DNA of 63,975 nucleotides, counting the filler, from an uncultured bacterium (GTDB taxonomy: Bacteria; CAYJOG01), in the NCBI GenBank assembly GCA_964371695.1. It is 13 parts of 13 records of this genome, joined end to end, with 100 filler letters (N's around TTAATTAATTAA, not from the genome) between each part and the next. Parts side by side here need not be neighbours in the genome. Positions count along the whole stretch, not along the records: positions 15,177 to 20,086 come from CAYJOG010000252.1; positions 20,187 to 25,086 come from CAYJOG010000253.1; positions 25,187 to 30,064 come from CAYJOG010000254.1; 10 more parts are not named here. The stretch is one strand, 5' to 3'. The notes under the pieces are model-generated. The model was given only the letters and a program-made list of their open reading frames with translations, was not told the origin of the DNA and made no database searches. The position numbers and the translations under genes are program-made. Shown piece by piece: positions 18,696-27,817 of the stretch (position 1 is its first letter; each line of letters opens with the position of its first letter).

Positions 18696-19817
18696 GTGAA
18701 AAACGCCACTCCTCAGGACACCCGCTGGGTCTGGGAAAGTTTTGTCAGGCGGTGGGGCTGGTTGCAGGGGGGCGTGGGTGACGAAAGTGCGCACCCCCTG
18801 CCCAGGGGATACGCCCGTCCAGCGCTTTTGGGGGGTGGGGCAGACCCGGCCACGCGCCTGCGGGCCGAGGCGGCCTGGCTCAAGGGTCTGGACGCCAGGC
18901 GGCAAAACCGGGAAAATGACCGAAGGGCGCTATCCCAAGATATGGATGGCTACTGGCTGCTGCATCATCCCCAGTGGACCGGTCTGTTGAACCCTGGTCT
19001 GGGGGCGTCGCTGGAAGGCCTGTGGCATGGCGCCTCGGCCCGGCCCTGGGTGGGGATTTGGCCTTCTCCCGCGCCCGCCGAGGCGGCCCGGCCCGTCGAA
19101 TTCCAGTCAGGAAAAGAAGAGTTTGCCCTGGCCGTGGAGGAACCAGCCGGTTGGTTGTTTCCTCGCCAAGGGCCGCTGGTGGGGGCCATGGATTGTTGGC
19201 TGCCCGCCCATGGGGCGTTGCCGCCGGGGCCGCCGGAACTGGCGGGGTTTCATGGGGGTGTTGAGGGTGAGCTGGTGATTTTGAGTGGTCTTGCGTCATA
19301 CACCACCATCGCCGCCGCCAGTCTTCACACGCCCGACACAGCCCTTTTGGGTTTTGAACACGCCACCGCCGGGGGCACCCTGCAAAAAACCTGGGCCTTT
19401 GGCCCCCACGCCCTGGGGTTGCATCAGTCCCTCACGGCCCAGGTGCGCCAGGACACCTGGGTGGGCCAGTGGTGGTTTCTGCCCTGTTTTGAAAAGCCAG
19501 CGCGCGGGGGCCGCCGTGGGCCAGCACCATCTTTCAAGGTGCGCCGGGTACACCGCGAGGTGAGCCTGCCGGTGTGCTGCCAGGGGCGGTTGTCGTTATG
19601 TGTGGGGTGGGTGCTGAGCAACCCCGCCCTGGGGGTGAGTCTGGTGGTGGACGTGGATCCGCCGGTGTGGCTGGTGTTTTTTCCCTGTTTTTCAATGTTG
19701 GGACGGGGTGAAAAAATCCGGCCGGTTTTTCAGGGGGTGGGGGTTTATGCCTGTCAGCGCGCAAGCGCCGGAAAAACCATCCACCAGTCCTGGAAAATCA
19801 CACAGGTTGGGGTATAA
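18696..19817 (+). CDS. Hypothetical protein resembling the C-terminal (DUF1926-like) domain of GH57 4-alpha-glucanotransferases
   Basis: D.DG...L......L.P..GA.L and terminal F.P.FS....GE...VFQG pattern; similarity by eye only. Confidence 0.5.
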   Translation: MKNATPQDTRWVWESFVRRWGWLQGGVGDESAHPLPRGYARPALLGGGADPATRLRAEAAWLKGLDARRQNRENDRRALSQDMDGYWLLHHPQWTGLLNPGLGASLEGLWHGASARPWVGIWPSPAPAEAARPVEFQSGKEEFALAVEEPAGWLFPRQGPLVGAMDCWLPAHGALPPGPPELAGFHGGVEGELVILSGLASYTTIAAASLHTPDTALLGFEHATAGGTLQKTWAFGPHALGLHQSLTAQVRQDTWVGQWWFLPCFEKPARGGRRGPAPSFKVRRVHREVSLPVCCQGRLSLCVGWVLSNPALGVSLVVDVDPPVWLVFFPCFSMLGRGEKIRPVFQGVGVYACQRASAGKTIHQSWKITQVGV

Positions 19818-20214
19818 ACAACTTTCGCACTGGTTGCGCATGTGCGCATGTTTGAATCCGGCCCTTTTCTAAATTCCTCTTTTTTGTCTCCGATAACGCT
19901 AACAGGGTGTTGATAAACACCCTGAAAAATCCATGAGTTTGCGAGGGTTCTTTCCAGATGCCCATTGGGGCATCTGGCCGAGCAAAGGCGATAGCAGATT
20001 TTTTCGCTTGCAGGGGTTTGAAAAACCCCTACAAAAGCGCCATTTTGCGAGAGCTTTGCTTGAGCAAAATGGGTTGAGAAAGGCCANNNNNNNNNNNNNN
20101 NNNNNNNNNNNNNNNNNNNNNNNNNNNNNNTTAATTAATTAANNNNNNNNNNNNNNNNNNNNNNNNNNNNNNNNNNNNNNNNNNNNAGACCGTGACCGAA
20201 CAAATGTGAGGTCA

Positions 20215-20573
20215 CGAGCGGGTGAGGGGGAACAGGCTGGGAGAAAGAATCAGACTTTTTTCAAAAGTTCTCTTTCCCCCTCACCCGCCTCAGATTTCGC
20301 TTCGCTCAACCTTCGGCTGCCCTCTCCCTGAGAGCCTGTTTTAAAATTGGGGTGTATGAAACATATTCCAATTTTAAGCAGGCTCTTGCGGCCATGGCTG
20401 GCCGCTTCCGAAAGCCGAAACTTTGTAAAAGTTGAGGTTTTCGCCACGCCAAGGGGGCTTGCCCCCGAAGGCGTTGGGTTTGAAAAGTCCACGACGGACT
20501 TTTCAAACAGGTTCTGAGGGAGAGGGCAAGAAAAAAAGCTCTTATTGCGTCCACATCTACTCTGAAAATGCTC
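20215..20573. repeat. Host palindromic element (GGGAGAGGG hairpins, GAGCATTTT terminus) interrupted by a MITE
   Basis: 20289-20331 plus 20515-20573 match the uninterrupted copy at 49875-49971; 30012-30064 is a reverse-complement partial copy. Confidence 0.8.
20332..20514. mobile_element. Complete 183-bp MITE with 10-bp TIRs and TGA target duplication
   Basis: GAGCCTGTTT...AAACAGGTTC (9/10 inverted), flanked by TGA at 20329-31 and 20515-17; empty-site homolog at 49915-17. Confidence 0.85.
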
Positions 20574-20691
20574 TTGGTCAAAGCCTTCTTGATGTGGACA
20601 AACAGCAGCGCGGCGGCACTCCCCCTGTTTTTTGTGCAGGCGCAGTGCTGCTATCGCTCTTTTCCGCAAAAGCAACGGTTGCGCCGTATAT

Positions 20692-20718
20692 AAAAAAAGG
20701 CGAGGCTTCCCCCGCTTT
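20692..20718 (-). terminator. Intrinsic terminator of the S1-domain gene
   Basis: Minus strand GCGGGG-GAAG-CCTCGC followed by C-T7. Confidence 0.6.
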
Positions 20719-21192
20719 TTACCGCCCGGTGGGTTTTTTGGTGGTTTTCTTTTTGGCGCCGCCGCGTTTGGCTTCGGTGGAACGTTTGATGTCCAGAAGG
20801 CGGTCTTCGGACTGGCGCAGGTATTTGCGCACTTTTTCTTCAAACGATACGCCGGTGCGGGCCTCGCTGGAGCCTGGCTCGGGATAAACCGGCTTCGGGT
20901 CTCCGCTGGTGGGGTATTTGTATTTTTCCTCCGCCACCGTCTGGCCAGCCGCCTGTTTCAGCGACACTTCGATGTCTCCCCGGTCTCCCTGGCGAATCAC
21001 CTTCACCGGCCGCACTTCTCCCACGGCCAGCACGTCGCGCAGGTTGCGCACGGGTTCGTCGCTTACCTCGGACACATGGACAAACCCTCGTTTTCCGCTG
21101 TAAAGCAGCATCTGTGCCCCTGCGGGTGAGAGTCGTGTGATTTTGCCTTCGATAATGGCGCCTTGTTCTTCGAGTTTTGCGCTAATCGCCAT
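20719..21192 (-). CDS. S1 RNA-binding domain protein (YabR/YugI-like)
   Basis: G.IIEGKIT...GA...GFVHVSEV...L.VG.V; C-terminal SFEEK...YL..SEDRL.D.KR..EAKRGG. Confidence 0.88.
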   Translation of the reverse strand: MAISAKLEEQGAIIEGKITRLSPAGAQMLLYSGKRGFVHVSEVSDEPVRNLRDVLAVGEVRPVKVIRQGDRGDIEVSLKQAAGQTVAEEKYKYPTSGDPKPVYPEPGSSEARTGVSFEEKVRKYLRQSEDRLLDIKRSTEAKRGGAKKKTTKKPTGR

Positions 21193-21359
21193 CAGCCCCT
21201 TCCTGTGTTTTGAGCCACGGGACTATAAGAACCCGTGGGGGGTACGTCAAGGAGAGGCGAAAACGGCAAAAAAATGCCCCGGCCCGCAATGCGCCCGGAT
21301 TTTTGACCGCCGACAACTATTTTCGCAGACGCTGAAACAGACCTTTACAATCCCCCCCC

Positions 21360-22520
21360 ATGAACATCAAAAAGAACCCCGCCTATCCCTTTGCCGAAGA
21401 ACACGAGAGTTTTCGCAAAGAGCTTTCGCGCTGGCTGGCCCAGCACGTGACCCCCCATGTGGACGACTGGGAAGAAAACGCCTGGTTTCCCGATGACGTG
21501 TTCCGCCAGATGGGACAGGCCGGTTGGCTGGGCGTGATGGCCAGCGAGGCCATGGGCGGCTCAGGGGGCGATTGTCTGCATGGCGCGGTGCTGGTGGAGG
21601 AAATGTCCCGCTGCGGCAGCACGGGCCTCATGGCGGGCATTGGCATGCACACCCTCATCATTACCCCCGGCCTGGAGCGCTTGGCCAACGACGAGCAGAA
21701 GGAGCGGTTCCTCAAACCCATGGTGCAGGGCCAGAAGATCGCCGCCCTGGGACTGACCGAGCCGGTGGCGGGCAGCGATCTGGCGGGCATTCGCAGCAAG
21801 GCGGTGCGCGACGGGGACCATTACATTCTCAACGGCGCCAAAACCTTCATCACCAACGGCAAACGGGCTGATCTGGTGCTGGTGTTGTGCAAAACCGACG
21901 AGAGCAAGGGCCACGCCGGTTTCAGCACCCTGATTGTGGAAAAGGACATGCCCGGTTTCAGCGTGAGCAAGGACCTCAAAAAACTGGGCTGGTGGGCCAG
22001 CGACACCGCCGAACTGGCCTTTGAAGACGTGCGTGTGCCCGTGGCCAACCGCCTGGGAGAAGAAGGCCAGGGCTTCATCAACGCCATGATCAACCTGGAG
22101 TGGGAGCGGCTCATCATGTGCCTTGGGTCCGTGACGGGGTCGGACATGGCCCTGGAACTCACCGAAAAATATGTGCGCGAACGCGAGGCCTTTGGCAGGC
22201 CCATCGGCAAGTTTCAGGTGATCAAACACAAACTGGTGGACATGGCCACGGAAATCGAAATGGTGAAGACGTTTGTCTACAACGTGCTCAAGATGCACCA
22301 CGCCAAAACCCCGTGCCTGAAAGAAGTCAGCATGGCCAAGATCAAGGCCATGGACCTGGGGGTGGACATCGCCAGCGAGGCGATACAGATTCACGGGGGA
22401 TATGGATACATGCGGGAATATCGCCTGGAGCGCATGTGGCGCGACGCCCGCCTGGGGCCTATCGGCGGCGGCACCACCGAAATCATGAAGGAAATCGTGG
22501 CCAAGATGATGGGGTTGTGA
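21360..22520 (+). CDS. Acyl-CoA dehydrogenase
   Basis: LTEP.AGSD, NGAK.FITNG, R.AFG.PI, Q.HGGYGY, GGT.EI. Confidence 0.97.
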   Translation: MNIKKNPAYPFAEEHESFRKELSRWLAQHVTPHVDDWEENAWFPDDVFRQMGQAGWLGVMASEAMGGSGGDCLHGAVLVEEMSRCGSTGLMAGIGMHTLIITPGLERLANDEQKERFLKPMVQGQKIAALGLTEPVAGSDLAGIRSKAVRDGDHYILNGAKTFITNGKRADLVLVLCKTDESKGHAGFSTLIVEKDMPGFSVSKDLKKLGWWASDTAELAFEDVRVPVANRLGEEGQGFINAMINLEWERLIMCLGSVTGSDMALELTEKYVREREAFGRPIGKFQVIKHKLVDMATEIEMVKTFVYNVLKMHHAKTPCLKEVSMAKIKAMDLGVDIASEAIQIHGGYGYMREYRLERMWRDARLGPIGGGTTEIMKEIVAKMMGL

Positions 22521-22527
22521 ACTACTG

Positions 22528-22626
22528 GTTCATCCGATTTGAAATGAGTAGCAGCGATGTCCCCATCGCTGCTGTGCAGGTGCGGTGGGGACACCGCACC
22601 TACTCCTCACTTTTATACAGATAAAC
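22528..22626. repeat. GTAG-type REP doublet (REPIN-like) between convergent genes
   Basis: GTAGcagcgatg..catcgctgct and ggtgcggt..accgcacCTAC inverted pair; homolog at 2236-2325. Confidence 0.8.
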
Positions 22627-22628
22627 CT

Positions 22629-23330
22629 CTACCCCCCCGACAGTTTTTCCATCACCGGGCCGTGCAGTTCCGCCAGATGTTCGGCCACCGCCCACGCGCC
22701 GGGAAAATCTGACGCCGGATGCGCCGTGGTGAGGGCCGCCACCGCCATGCCCGCCGCCAAGCCAGCCCGGAAACCCGCCCGGCTGTCTTCAATCACCAGC
22801 ACTTCACCCGGCAGCACCGGGGCCTGGCTGCCCTGAGCGCGGTCCAGGTTCAGACGCGCCAGCGCCAGCAGGTAACCCTGCGGATCAGGCTTGCCCCGCT
22901 CGAACTCCTCCAGCGGCACAAACACGCTGAGCAGGTCCGGCACGTCCATCAGCCCCAGCACGTGCTCGATTTCCGCACGGGGCGCGCCGCTCACAATGCC
23001 CAGCAGCCCCCGGCGGGCCGCCTCGCGCATGAAATCCGCCGCGCCGCTCACCGGCTTGAGGCGCTCGCCGATGGTTTCCAGATAACGCCGCGTTTTTTCA
23101 CCGGCCAGCGCCACGGCGTCTTCGCGGGTGGGGGTGTGGCCGCCCAGTTCCAGGGCGTGGCGGGCAATGCTGTAGTCATCTTTGCCCAGAAAATGTTCGC
23201 GGTACTGCGCTGGCGTCAGGTCAATGCCTCGGCCCTTCAACACCTCGATATACAACACTTCCTGCCATGGTTCGTCGTCGACCACCACGCCGTTGAAATC
23301 CAGAAGAATGGCTTTGAACATGCCGCGCAT
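22629..23330 (-). CDS. HAD-superfamily phosphatase (beta-PGM/CbbY-like)
   Basis: LLDFNGV (DxN variant of DxD), KPDP, IEDS..G. Confidence 0.9.
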   Translation of the reverse strand: MRGMFKAILLDFNGVVVDDEPWQEVLYIEVLKGRGIDLTPAQYREHFLGKDDYSIARHALELGGHTPTREDAVALAGEKTRRYLETIGERLKPVSGAADFMREAARRGLLGIVSGAPRAEIEHVLGLMDVPDLLSVFVPLEEFERGKPDPQGYLLALARLNLDRAQGSQAPVLPGEVLVIEDSRAGFRAGLAAGMAVAALTTAHPASDFPGAWAVAEHLAELHGPVMEKLSGG

Positions 23331-23518
23331 ATTACGCCCACAAACCTCATCTCATAAATCCCTCCGTGGATTTATTCGAGCGCCGTGACCGGAAGTGAAT
23401 TCCGGCCACGAGCGCGAAAACCTCTGCAATTTCAAAGCGCCGGTTTTCGTGGCATGACATCCATGTCCTGCAAAAGGCATCTCATCAACATTGGTGAGAT
23501 GCCTTTTACAATTCCCCC

Positions 23519-24364
23519 GTGGACGGTGTGTACATCTCAGACCTCGACGGCACGCTTTTGGGAGCCGACGCCCGTTTGTCGGATTTCACCCGCCAGACGC
23601 TCACCACGCTGCTGCAGGAGGGCCTGATTTTCACCGTGGCCACGGCCCGCAGCGTGTTTTCCATGTCCCGCCTGATGGGGCCGCTGCCCCTGCGCCTGCC
23701 GGTGGTGGAAATGGGCGGGGCCTTTGTGTCGGATTACCACACGGGCCGCCATCTCCTCACCCACGCCATCGACCCCGCCCTGCTGCCCGCCATTCACGAC
23801 CTCATGGCGTCCCACGGCTGCGCGCCTTTTGTCTCCACCTACGACGGTGAGCGGGACCGGCTGTATATGCCCCCGCCCCTGCACGAGGGCATGGCCTGGT
23901 ATCACGCCGAGCGCCGGGGCCTGAACGACCACCGGCTGGTGAACGTGGCCGACGCCTCGGCGGCTTACGGCGATCAGGTCATCTGCCTGAACGCCGTACA
24001 CACGCAGGAGGTGACCACCCACCTGATGATCGCCCTGGAAAACACCCTGGGGGACCGGGTGCAGTTGCACCTGTATGACAACATTTATTCGCCGGGCTGG
24101 TTCTGGCTCACGGTGCATGACCGTGAAGCCACCAAGTGCCGGGCCGTGGCGCGTCTGCTGGCGCAGGAAAACCTGGACCCGGCGAAACTCACCGTGTTTG
24201 GCGACGACCTGAACGACCTGACGCTGTTTGACATGGCCCCCACCTCCGTGGCGGTGGCGGGGGCCCGGCCCCAGGTGAAGGCCCGCGCCACCCATCACAT
24301 CGGCCCCAACACTGAAGACAGCGTGGCCCGTTATCTGCTTAAGACCGTTTCAACACGCTGTTAA
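23519..24364 (+). CDS. Cof-type HAD-IIB hydrolase
   Basis: SDLDGTLL, ATAR, K...V, FGDDLND. Confidence 0.93.
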   Translation: MDGVYISDLDGTLLGADARLSDFTRQTLTTLLQEGLIFTVATARSVFSMSRLMGPLPLRLPVVEMGGAFVSDYHTGRHLLTHAIDPALLPAIHDLMASHGCAPFVSTYDGERDRLYMPPPLHEGMAWYHAERRGLNDHRLVNVADASAAYGDQVICLNAVHTQEVTTHLMIALENTLGDRVQLHLYDNIYSPGWFWLTVHDREATKCRAVARLLAQENLDPAKLTVFGDDLNDLTLFDMAPTSVAVAGARPQVKARATHHIGPNTEDSVARYLLKTVSTRC

Positions 24365-24492
24365 GGCAGGTGGGCAATGACCAGGGCTTCGCGGACCAAC
24401 CAAAGGCCCTGTCAACAAATGCCTTCCGTGTTGCGAACGGGTGTACAACTTGCGGATTGTTTTTAAGCCCCTAGACTCAGACAGCTGCGCTC

Positions 24493-24987
24493 ATGTCCAC
24501 CGCTGCCCTCATCAATCCGTTCATCACCGCCTCCGAGGATGTGTTTCGTCGCATGACCGGCTGCGAGGTGGCGCGCGGCGAGGCCACGGTGAAAAAGGGC
24601 CTCATGCCCGGTCACAGTGTGAGTGTGCTGGTGGGGCTGGTGGGAGACCTGCGGGGCAGTTTTGTCATCAGCATGACCGACGAAGTGGCCCGCATGGTGG
24701 CCTCCCGCATGAAGTTCGACAAAAAAGCCTCTGACGCCCGCGACCTGGACCGCATGGAGAAAAGCGCCATCAGCGAGCTGGCCAACGTGATTGCGGGCAA
24801 CGCCACCATCTCGTTGTCCAACGACGGTTACCGCCTCTACATCACCCCGCCCACCATCATTCAGGGCGACAACAGCACCATCGAAGTGGTGGCCATCCAG
24901 ACCGTGGCGATTCCGCTGAAAACCAGCGCGGGCGACGTGGAGCTGAACATCGCCATCATGCAGCTCGCCAGTTACAAAAAACGCTGA
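24493..24987 (+). CDS. cheX: Chemotaxis phosphatase CheX
   Basis: INPFI, VG..GDL.G, SAISELANVIAGNA, ITPPTII.G. Confidence 0.93.
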   Translation: MSTAALINPFITASEDVFRRMTGCEVARGEATVKKGLMPGHSVSVLVGLVGDLRGSFVISMTDEVARMVASRMKFDKKASDARDLDRMEKSAISELANVIAGNATISLSNDGYRLYITPPTIIQGDNSTIEVVAIQTVAIPLKTSAGDVELNIAIMQLASYKKR

Positions 24988-25042
24988 GCAGGTCTGCGCG
25001 AGAGGTGGCGGCAGCCCAGTTCAAAAAAAACTGGTGGCGCGA

Positions 25043-25068
25043 GTAGCCACAGGCGTCCCCGCCTGTGG
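25043..25068 (+). repeat. GTAG-type REP
   Basis: GTAGccacaggcgtccccgcctgtgg; inverted relatives at 29346-29370 and 55764-55788. Confidence 0.7.
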
Positions 25069-25309
25069 TCCTGCCTGCGTTCATATNNNNNNNNNNNNNN
25101 NNNNNNNNNNNNNNNNNNNNNNNNNNNNNNTTAATTAATTAANNNNNNNNNNNNNNNNNNNNNNNNNNNNNNNNNNNNNNNNNNNNATATTGATGCTCTG
25201 GCCCGTCGAACGGGCATCCACGGATGGATGCCCTGGAACCAGCCGCCATGGATGGCATTGAACTTTCACGGTTCTTGTTCCCCCGCAAAAATTCTGAAAA
25301 ACCTTCAGG

Positions 25310-27511
25310 ATGCACACCATGGTCGGCGAACAACCGGATCACCTTCACCTGCTGGCGGCGGACGTGGTGCAGGGTGTGGGGGCGCGGCCCCTGGCGTATG
25401 AACTGGCCACGGCCCTTTTTCTGCGGGGCTGGGTGATGAACCACGGAGGTGGCCTGGAAATCGCCCTGTGGGGTGATGAAGCGGCGCTCGTGGCCTTTCC
25501 CCAGGCATGGCGGCGGCATTTCCCGCTCACACCCGTGCCCCGTTTCAAAAAGCTGCCGCCCCTCACCGGGCCTGCGCCAGCGGGCTTTTCCATACAGCCT
25601 TCTTCTGCTGAGAATCCCCACACACTCCACGGCCTGTGCCCCGATGCGGGCCTGTGCTCCGATTGTCAGCGCGAATTTTCAGACCCGCAGAACCGGCGGT
25701 GTGGGGATCCCCTCATCGGCTGCCGTCACTGCGGGCCACGTTTTGCCCTCACCCGCGCCCTGCCATTTGACAGGGAGCGCACCCACTGGTCGGGCCTGCC
25801 GCCGTGCCCGGATTGCCAGCGGGAATATGTCACGCCAGGCAATCGGCGCTTTCACAGCCAGACCATCAACTGCCCCCGCTGTGGTCCGTTGTGGCGCGTG
25901 GGGCCGGTGGGGGCAGAGGAAGAAGCCCGGATGTTTCCGTGGCCCGGCGTGACGGCGCACCTGCAAAACGGCGGCGTGTTGTTGGCGCAGGCCACCGGGG
26001 GCTATCACCTTGTCGCGCTGGCGGACAATTCACAGGCCGTGGCCCTGGTGCGGGCCATCAAACACCGTCCGGCGCAGCCCCTGGCGGTGATGGTGAAAGA
26101 CGAAGCCGCCGCCCTGACGCTGGCGCGGCTTTCCCGCGCCGAGCGGGCGTGGCTCACCGGCTGGCGGCGGCCCCTGTTGTTGTGCCACCGTCTTACGCCA
26201 CAGGGCAGGGAACTGGCCCGGTGCATTGCGCCGCACCACGGCCATCTGCTGGGCCTGATGCTGCCCGCCACGGGTCTGCAACTGGGTCTGGCGATGGGTG
26301 TGGACGCACCCCTTGTCTGCACCAGCGCCAACCTGCACGGCCAGCCCATGCCCCTGTCGCCCAGGGACTGGCCCCCCCTGCCGCCTGCCGTGTGGGTCGC
26401 ACACCACAACCTGACTTTTGAGCACGCCACCGACGACACCGTGGGCCAGGTGGTTGCGGGCCGGGCCATGTTTCTGCGTCGCTCGCGGGCCGAGGTTCCC
26501 CGGCCGGTGCGTCTGCCCCGGCCCCTGGCCGCGCCCACCGTGGCGCTGGGGGGAGATTTGTGCAGCACCGTGGCGGTGGGGGTGGGGCGCACGGCCTGGG
26601 TGAGTCCCCACCTGGGTGATCAACAAACCCCCCTGGCTCGCCAGCGCGCGCGACACTGGCTCACGGGCCTGCTGTTCCAACTGGGTGTTTCACCGGCGCT
26701 GGTGCTGGTGGACGCCCACCCCGGTTATCACGTGCGGGCGCTGGCGGCGGAGTTTGCCGCGCCGGTGCGGGAGGTGTTTCACCACCGCGCCCACGCCGCC
26801 CACGCCCTGGCCGAGAGCCGCCAACGCGCCGGGCCGGTGCTGGCGGTGGTGATGGACGGCACGGGTTATGGCGAGGACAACACCCCCTGGGGGGCAGAGT
26901 GTTTTTTGAGCGAAGACGCCACACCCGGCGCGCTCAGGCGCGTGGCCAGTGTGACGCCGGTGCCGCTGGTGGGGGGCGAAGCAGCGGTGCGTTGCCCTCG
27001 CCGGTGGGTGGAGACCTGGCTGGCCGGGACACCCCCCGCCGCCGGTGCGTTGCCCGCCCGCTCGGCGGGCCGCCTGTTTGACGCCGCTGCTTATGTGCTG
27101 GGACTGGGAGAAGAAAACACCTTCGAGGCGGACCTGCCCCAGCGCCTGATGTCCACCGCCCTGGGCCACAGGCATTTACACCAGACACCCCCTCTGGAGG
27201 TGGACTGGTTTGAAGAAAATGGTCTGCTGAGCTTGAACAGCCTCGCCCTGTTGCGGCAGCTCCGGCAGCGTTTTCAATCCGGCGAAACCGCCCCCTCGTT
27301 GGCCTGGGCCTTTCACGCCGCCCTGGCCCGGTGGACAGGTGTGGTCGCCGAAAAAACACAGGCCCGCGCCGTGGTGCTGGGGGGCGGATGTTTCAACAAC
27401 CGTCTGCTGATTGAACTCACCAAAAAAACGCTGGCCGTGCCCGTTTTTTGGCCCCGCCGCCTGCCGCCGGGCGACGGCGGCCTGGCCTATGGCCAGTTGG
27501 CAGGGTGTTGA
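25310..27511 (+). CDS. hypF: [NiFe]-hydrogenase carbamoyltransferase HypF (divergent)
   Basis: VQGVG.RP, two zinc fingers (C..C...C..CGPRF; CPDC...CP.CGP), GG.HL, TSAN, HP.Y, HH.AH, GRLFDA, DGG...GQ. Confidence 0.92.
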   Translation: MHTMVGEQPDHLHLLAADVVQGVGARPLAYELATALFLRGWVMNHGGGLEIALWGDEAALVAFPQAWRRHFPLTPVPRFKKLPPLTGPAPAGFSIQPSSAENPHTLHGLCPDAGLCSDCQREFSDPQNRRCGDPLIGCRHCGPRFALTRALPFDRERTHWSGLPPCPDCQREYVTPGNRRFHSQTINCPRCGPLWRVGPVGAEEEARMFPWPGVTAHLQNGGVLLAQATGGYHLVALADNSQAVALVRAIKHRPAQPLAVMVKDEAAALTLARLSRAERAWLTGWRRPLLLCHRLTPQGRELARCIAPHHGHLLGLMLPATGLQLGLAMGVDAPLVCTSANLHGQPMPLSPRDWPPLPPAVWVAHHNLTFEHATDDTVGQVVAGRAMFLRRSRAEVPRPVRLPRPLAAPTVALGGDLCSTVAVGVGRTAWVSPHLGDQQTPLARQRARHWLTGLLFQLGVSPALVLVDAHPGYHVRALAAEFAAPVREVFHHRAHAAHALAESRQRAGPVLAVVMDGTGYGEDNTPWGAECFLSEDATPGALRRVASVTPVPLVGGEAAVRCPRRWVETWLAGTPPAAGALPARSAGRLFDAAAYVLGLGEENTFEADLPQRLMSTALGHRHLHQTPPLEVDWFEENGLLSLNSLALLRQLRQRFQSGETAPSLAWAFHAALARWTGVVAEKTQARAVVLGGGCFNNRLLIELTKKTLAVPVFWPRRLPPGDGGLAYGQLAGC

Positions 27512-27580
27512 AGAAGGGGACTGCCGCAGCGTTTGGCGGCATAATGGCCGGGGATCATCCAACAGACGCGGAGGTGCGCC

Positions 27581-27817
27581 ATGTGCCTGGGACTGCCCGG
27601 TGAAGTGTTGAACGTGATGGCGGACGAAGCCTCTGGCCTGGACATGGCCACGGTGCGTTTTGGCCCGGTGACGCAGACGGTGTGCCTGAGCATGGTGCAG
27701 GCGCAGCCGGGGGATTTTGTGGTGTGTCACGCGGGGTTTGCCATCACCCGGCTGAACGAAGACGCCGCAGCCAAAACCCTGTCGCTCATGGACGCATTGA
27801 AGGATGAGACGGCATGA
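27581..27817 (+). CDS. hypC: Hydrogenase maturation chaperone HypC
   Basis: MCLGLPG start, GDFV..HAGFA; GGAGG RBS. Confidence 0.95.
   Translation: MCLGLPGEVLNVMADEASGLDMATVRFGPVTQTVCLSMVQAQPGDFVVCHAGFAITRLNEDAAAKTLSLMDALKDETA

Noticed and set aside
19899..20086. Possible IS left end (cagggtgtt-gat-aaacaccctg hairpin)
   Set aside because: No transposase ORF or second end visible before the contig break
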